Positions 59,439 to 64,000 of a DNA stretch of 64,000 nt are shown piece after piece. The position numbers and the translations under genes are program-made. The DNA lies in the NCBI GenBank assembly GCA_905178155.1, contig CAJINV010000002.1, positions 7,284,743 through 7,348,742 on the forward strand. Reading direction: 5' to 3'. Source of the stretch: Amoebophrya sp. A120 (taxonomy: Eukaryota; Protista; Dinoflagellata). Every line of letters begins with the position of its first letter. The first letter of the stretch is position 1. The notes under the pieces were generated by a model. The model ran no database searches, was not told the DNA's origin, and was given only the letters and a program-made list of their open reading frames with translations.

Positions 59439-62400
59439 ATGAACGGCGCACACATGGAGGCTGCTCATCCGGCTGTTGGCCCCCCTGGTCAACCGGGAAC
59501 TACGCCCGGTGTGCCACCAGGTCAGCATCGGATTGAACACCACACCAGTATGACGTTCAAAAAAACAAACGAAGACCCCAGCAGGTACCATTTCCACCTT
59601 CTGATGAAAAAGAACCTCGACATTCACTGGAAAAACGGGAAATGGAAGCAGTTTCTGTGCATTTTCATCATGGTCCTGTGGTTCGGCGGGGCTGATCGAT
59701 TTTTCGAGATTCTCCGGACCAAAAAGTATGACACAGTAAAGCCCGGCGCGTTAAATGGATTCGATATTATACTTGATGAGGACACGCCTCTTGACGCGAA
59801 CTACGTTCATGTCAGCCGTTTCGCGGATCCTAACACACCCATCGCTGGCGAGAAGTTTCCGGGCTTGACCATGTTCTTTGCCTGCATCGGCGCACTGATA
59901 GGCATGTACACGGCAGTGTTCCTCCCGCTCACTTTTGTCTACCGGGTTTTCGGGTCGCAGATTTTCGGGGAGAAGGAAACCAAGTTGATGGAGATGCAGT
60001 TTGTCTACGGACTCAGCAAGGGCAAATATTGGCTCGCCAACCTGGTCTTCTTCACGATCGTGCTCGGGAGCACGTTTCTGATCGCGCACAATTTTCTGTT
60101 CACCATCTTTCTGACCATCGGCACGCAGGGCAATCTGCCGAAGTTTTGGACCAGCGGGGAACTCCTCTCTCTCGGGTACTTTCTACAGCCGCTCTTTCCG
60201 GTCGTCGCGGCGCTGCTGCTCGGCTCCACGCTCGCGGTCTCCTTCGAGAAGAAGGAGGCCTTCGAGGGGCTGTTGAACTCGCTCTCGGGCCTCGGCGCCC
60301 TGGCCTGCCTGGGTTTGTGGGCGTTGATGGAACTGTTTTTCCCCACGCGGACCTCCTTTTTCGCCACCGCCGCGAAGGGTTTGTTCTACGGCGATGAGGC
60401 CAGTGACGCGCCGACCGACTGTCCGGACTACAGTCTGAGCTCCCTGAATCTGCTCGGGTCCCTCCTCCTCGGCATCGTGATCCCGGGATTCAGTTACGCC
60501 CGGATTCTCCTGCGGGGCCTGCAGCTCAAAGTCGTGCTCATTCTGCTCAAGACTGTCTACCCTGACGGTATTCCTGACACGGGGTACACGAACTACGCCT
60601 TCTGGGGGTGCGCGGTCCGCAACGACCCGAGACCGCCCTTCTATCCGTTGGCGCGGGTGTTCAAGCGCTTCGATCCGGTGAACAATCCCGCGTCTCAGCG
60701 AGTGCTTTTGACGAGGGAACATGAGCAGTGGCTCATCGACGAAATGAACGAGAACAGCGGAGCAACTTTCCTGGCGAAGACGCTGCCGTTTGCCGACTAC
60801 GTGCTGCCGATTCTTTTGGAATACACGGGTTTGATCCTCAACGTAATCTTCTGGGCCTTGATGCTGTATTGGCGCGAGACCGCGCGGCACAAAGCGGAAG
60901 AGGGAGAAGTCGCCGCTGCAGTTTCTTTGGCCGCTCAGCAGGGTGGAAGACCATATGGCCCTTCGGCCACGATGACATCAAGCAAGCCGGCGTTGCAGTT
61001 GATGCAACTGACGAAGACGTTCAAGCGGGGCAACTTTGGGCAACAGACGATCACCGCAAACCGCGGTCTCACCTTCGACATTCACCGCGGTGAAATTTTC
61101 GGGCTGCTCGGCCACAACGGCGCGGGCAAAACGACCTTGATCTCGCAGCTTACCGGCATGATTCCCTGTACGAGCGGAAACGCCTTCGTGAACGGGTACA
61201 GCATCCGGAACAGCGAGGACATCACGCAAGTCCGGCAAAGCATTGCTATCAAATGCAAATATGTCTGGGTCTGGAAACTTGTAATGTTGAATTGGCGAGA
61301 CTGAAATACTTTCCAATGCAGCCAAGCATGACAAGTTTGCAGAGCACTTCCTCATGCGCGGTCCGCATGAGAGACACCAGGGCTTTTGTATTACAAAAAG
61401 GGGCATCCTCTTGCTAGTAGTCATGCAATACAGATTTTACAGGAGTGTAGGACTAGCATTACAAGTTCCATAGTAGTTCCAGACCCAGACATATTTGCAA
61501 TGCATAATCGCCTTATGCCCGCAATACAACCCGATGTGGGAGGTCTACACGCTGCAGCAGCACGTGGAATTTTTCGCGCGCCTGCGCGGAATCTCTGATG
61601 CGGACATTGAGCCGACCATCGACAAGTACGCGGCGTTGCTCGGCTTGAGCGACAAACTGGACACACTGTGCGCCCAGCTGTCCGGTGGCCAGAAGCGGCG
61701 GCTCTGGGTGATGTGTGCGCTACTAGGGCATGCGCCGGTGGTAATTCTGGACGAGCCAACCTCCGGCATGGACCCCCAGGCGCGGCGGGACTTCTGGGTG
61801 CTGCTGAAGAAGATTGCGAAGGAGGAGGGGCGGTGTATCCTGTTCTCGACCCATTACCTCGAGGAGGCCGATCTCCTCGCGGACCGCAAGGCGATTCTCG
61901 CCGCGGGAAAACTGGCGGCGATCGGGACCAGCCAGCAGCTGAAGCGCGAGTTTGGCAACGGATTCTGGATCCAGGCCGTCGTCGATAAAGCAAAGTGCCA
62001 TGACCGAACTTTGGCGAGGAAGATTCTAGGCGAAGACCTGAAAAAGGTCGTGGAGAACTGCTTGACTGAGGACCACCTCCAAGTCCAAACGGGTTCTTTG
62101 GAGGGTCGACGTGGGGTTGAAGCCGTGAAGCACAGCCTTGGTACACGACCAACCGTCGAGACCAAGAATCCAAAGGTGTCCGATTTCTACCTGGCGTACA
62201 ACATTTCCTGGGCGCAAATGCACAAGATGGGCGACATTTTGGACCAGTTAAACCAGCACGTGCAACAGTCGCCGCACTTGCGAGATCTCGGCATCGAATT
62301 TTCCGTCGAGCAGACCACACTCGAGGAAGTTTTCAGCTTGGCGGGCGAAAAGGCGGAGCTTGAGGTGTTGAAGCTGGAAGCAGCCGCGGAGGAAAAAACA

Positions 62401-64000
62401 GGAAGTACATCTTCAGAACAAGTTCACAAATCTGTGGAGGAGCAGCTTGAAGCGAAGAAGTTACAGAAGAAGAAGGACGAGTTTCTTTCCAAACAGCCCC
62501 TGCGGAAGCGAACCTTGGCGTTTTTCCAGCAAGTCGCGGCGATCTACCGCTTTCGCGTCTGCGGAGAGCTGTGGAAAAAGTTCGGCAGCTATATGAGCAT
62601 CGGGATTTTTCTTACCGCGTTTCTCGTGTTATCCTATCAGGTGAAACCCGAGGTCGATAAGGACCTGCCCGGCATGTGGGTCAGCATTTTCAGCCTCTGG
62701 CTTTCCTCTATCATGGTCGCGACGCTCCCCTTCCAGTTGTTCGGAATGAATTTGACCCGGAACATTTACGACAAGGAGAACAAGGAGGGCCTGCTATCCT
62801 GAGTAAAAACGTCCCCACACCAGAGTTGTCATGCAAATCTGCATGGCAAAAGAGTTTGTCATGCGGAGCGCCATGAGAGGCATTTTATAGTCGTGCTTTG
62901 GAATTTGTGATGCTACAATCGGCATGATATACTGGATCTGTGATGCTGCTGAGCTACCTAATCAGGATTACACTACGAGGAGAAACCTGTCATGCCAAAC
63001 GACCAAAGCTGGGCGATTTGTCTAGCAGATTCCCCATCTTGACTCTGGTGTGGGGACGTTTTTACAAATGATACCTGCTCCGGCACCTCACCATGCACGG
63101 GATGAAGCGGAGTGCGTTCCATTTCGGGTCGTTTCTCTCCTTCTTCACCTTTCCAACGGGCTTCGCCTATGCAATACAAATTTCCCGTACATGTACAAAA
63201 TGCATCACAAATTTCGCCAACTTGGAGCATGCCACTTGTCATGCTGAATAGCCTTCAGCGCTAGTTTTGTCATGCGGAGCCAGCATTCGTACGTGTACGG
63301 GAAATTTACTGTGAATATCGCCTGGGTCCTGTACACGATCTTTCTGATGATGATCTTCTCCTCCGTCTTCGCATCCTCGACCGCGATCGGGACGGTGTTC
63401 GTGTTCCTGTTCGCCTTCGTCGTGCCCGTCACGAACATCCTGCTCCCGATGTTCCTGGGCCTCACCTGCAGCAACGCCCTGTGGGTGATCTACATCGTGG
63501 TCAGCTACGCGGTGGCTTTCCTGCCACAGATGATCTACGGCATCGTGCGAGGGACGAGTAACCAGGAGATGTGGAACCCCACTTTTGATTGTAGAATGAC
63601 GGAAATGTTTCTCTCCAGCCACGCCCAGGCGTATGACACCAAAAAGAGCGTAATACGTAACGGAATTTTCATTTTGCATAAAGTATTGCATATGCATCAG
63701 AATTCATTGCACAAATTTGTATTTACTCAACATGCATGGTAGAGAAAATTAAAATTTTAACTTGATCTTGCTATGCATGACTACAATGCTTCAAAACTGT
63801 TTAACGTTAGCGCTTCTTTTTTTGGTTGATAAGGCGGCTGGCTTGGATATGCTGTTCTCGTTCGGCGTGCCTGATTGGTTCAACGCGATCTGGTTTGTCC
63901 TTGGCCTGTTCTTCCCCCCGGTCGCCGCATCAAGGGCGTTTACCGCACTGTACAAACTTTGGACGTATGACAAAGCGCAGGCCGTAATCCACTTCGCGAC
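59439..64000 (+). CDS. ABC transporter, subfamily A (3' partial); exons 59439-61246, 61512-62794, 63079-63167, 63323-63631, 63837->64000
   Basis: Multi-TM domain; GEIFGLLGHNGAGKTT (Walker A), CPQ (Q-loop), LSGGQKRRL, VILDEPTSGMDP, STHYLEEAD, TTLEEVF. A second TM domain follows. Interrupted by four TIR elements. Confidence 0.95.
61247..61506. mobile_element. TIR introner-like element, family A (260 bp, TSD ATTGC/ATCGC)
   Basis: TATCAAATGCAAATATGTCTGGGTCTGGAA...TTCCAGACCCAGACATATTTGCAATGCATA. Removal restores VRQSIALCPQ. Confidence 0.95.
62795..63073. mobile_element. TIR introner-like element, family D (279 bp, TSD CCTGC)
   Basis: TATCCTGAGTAAAAACGTCCCCACACCAGAGT...ACTCTGGTGTGGGGACGTTTTTACAAATGATA; CCTGC at 62790-62794 and 63074-63078. 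Confidence 0.93.
63168..63317. mobile_element. TIR introner-like element, family E (150 bp, TSD TCGCC)
   Basis: TATGCAATACAAATTTCCCGTACATGTAC...GTACGTGTACGGGAAATTTACTGTGAATA; TCGCC at 63163-63167 and 63318-63322. Confidence 0.93.
63632..63831. mobile_element. TIR introner-like element, family F (200 bp, TSD AGGCG, degenerate TIR)
   Basis: TATGACACCAAAAAGAGCG...CGCTTCTTTTTTTGGTTGATA; AGGCG at 63627-63631 and 63832-63836. Removal gives HAQA|AGLDMLFSF. Confidence 0.85.

Noticed and set aside
6806-63831. Codon-phase bias of elements (9 of 14 have TAT in frame 0)
   Set aside because: The sample is too small and the true cut position within the TSD is unknown; genome-wide counts are needed.
29-63973. 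Numerous minus-strand ORFs
   Set aside because: They are shadows of GC-rich + strand coding sequence, and none shows a recognisable domain.

Overview
Eukaryotic, gene-dense, intron-containing DNA. All 11 reconstructed protein genes lie on the + strand. That layout, the long low-complexity proteins and the unusual introns resemble the parasitic dinoflagellate Amoebophrya (Syndiniales); this assignment is inference. Recognisable products are a RING-finger protein, a CCCH-zinc-finger/methyltransferase-like protein, MYG1, a ~3,167-aa J-domain protein, a TORTIFOLIA1/SPIRAL2-like protein, a secreted cupredoxin-like protein and an ABCA transporter. The dominant signal is 14 short (149-323 bp) inserts from 6 sequence families. 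All sit inside coding exons, start TAT, end ATA, carry terminal inverted repeats (TIRs) and are flanked by a 5-bp target-site duplication (TSD). None has GT-AG ends in any register of the TSD. Removing each insert plus one TSD copy restores the reading frame in all 14 cases, so they behave as transposon-derived non-canonical introns (introner-like). Other oddities: a GT-AG intron apparently created by a 1.57-kb palindrome-rich insertion with a 53-bp exon duplication, a repeat-cassette array in MYG1 intron 2, and a 243-bp insert with a 20-bp duplication and a telomere-like tail.
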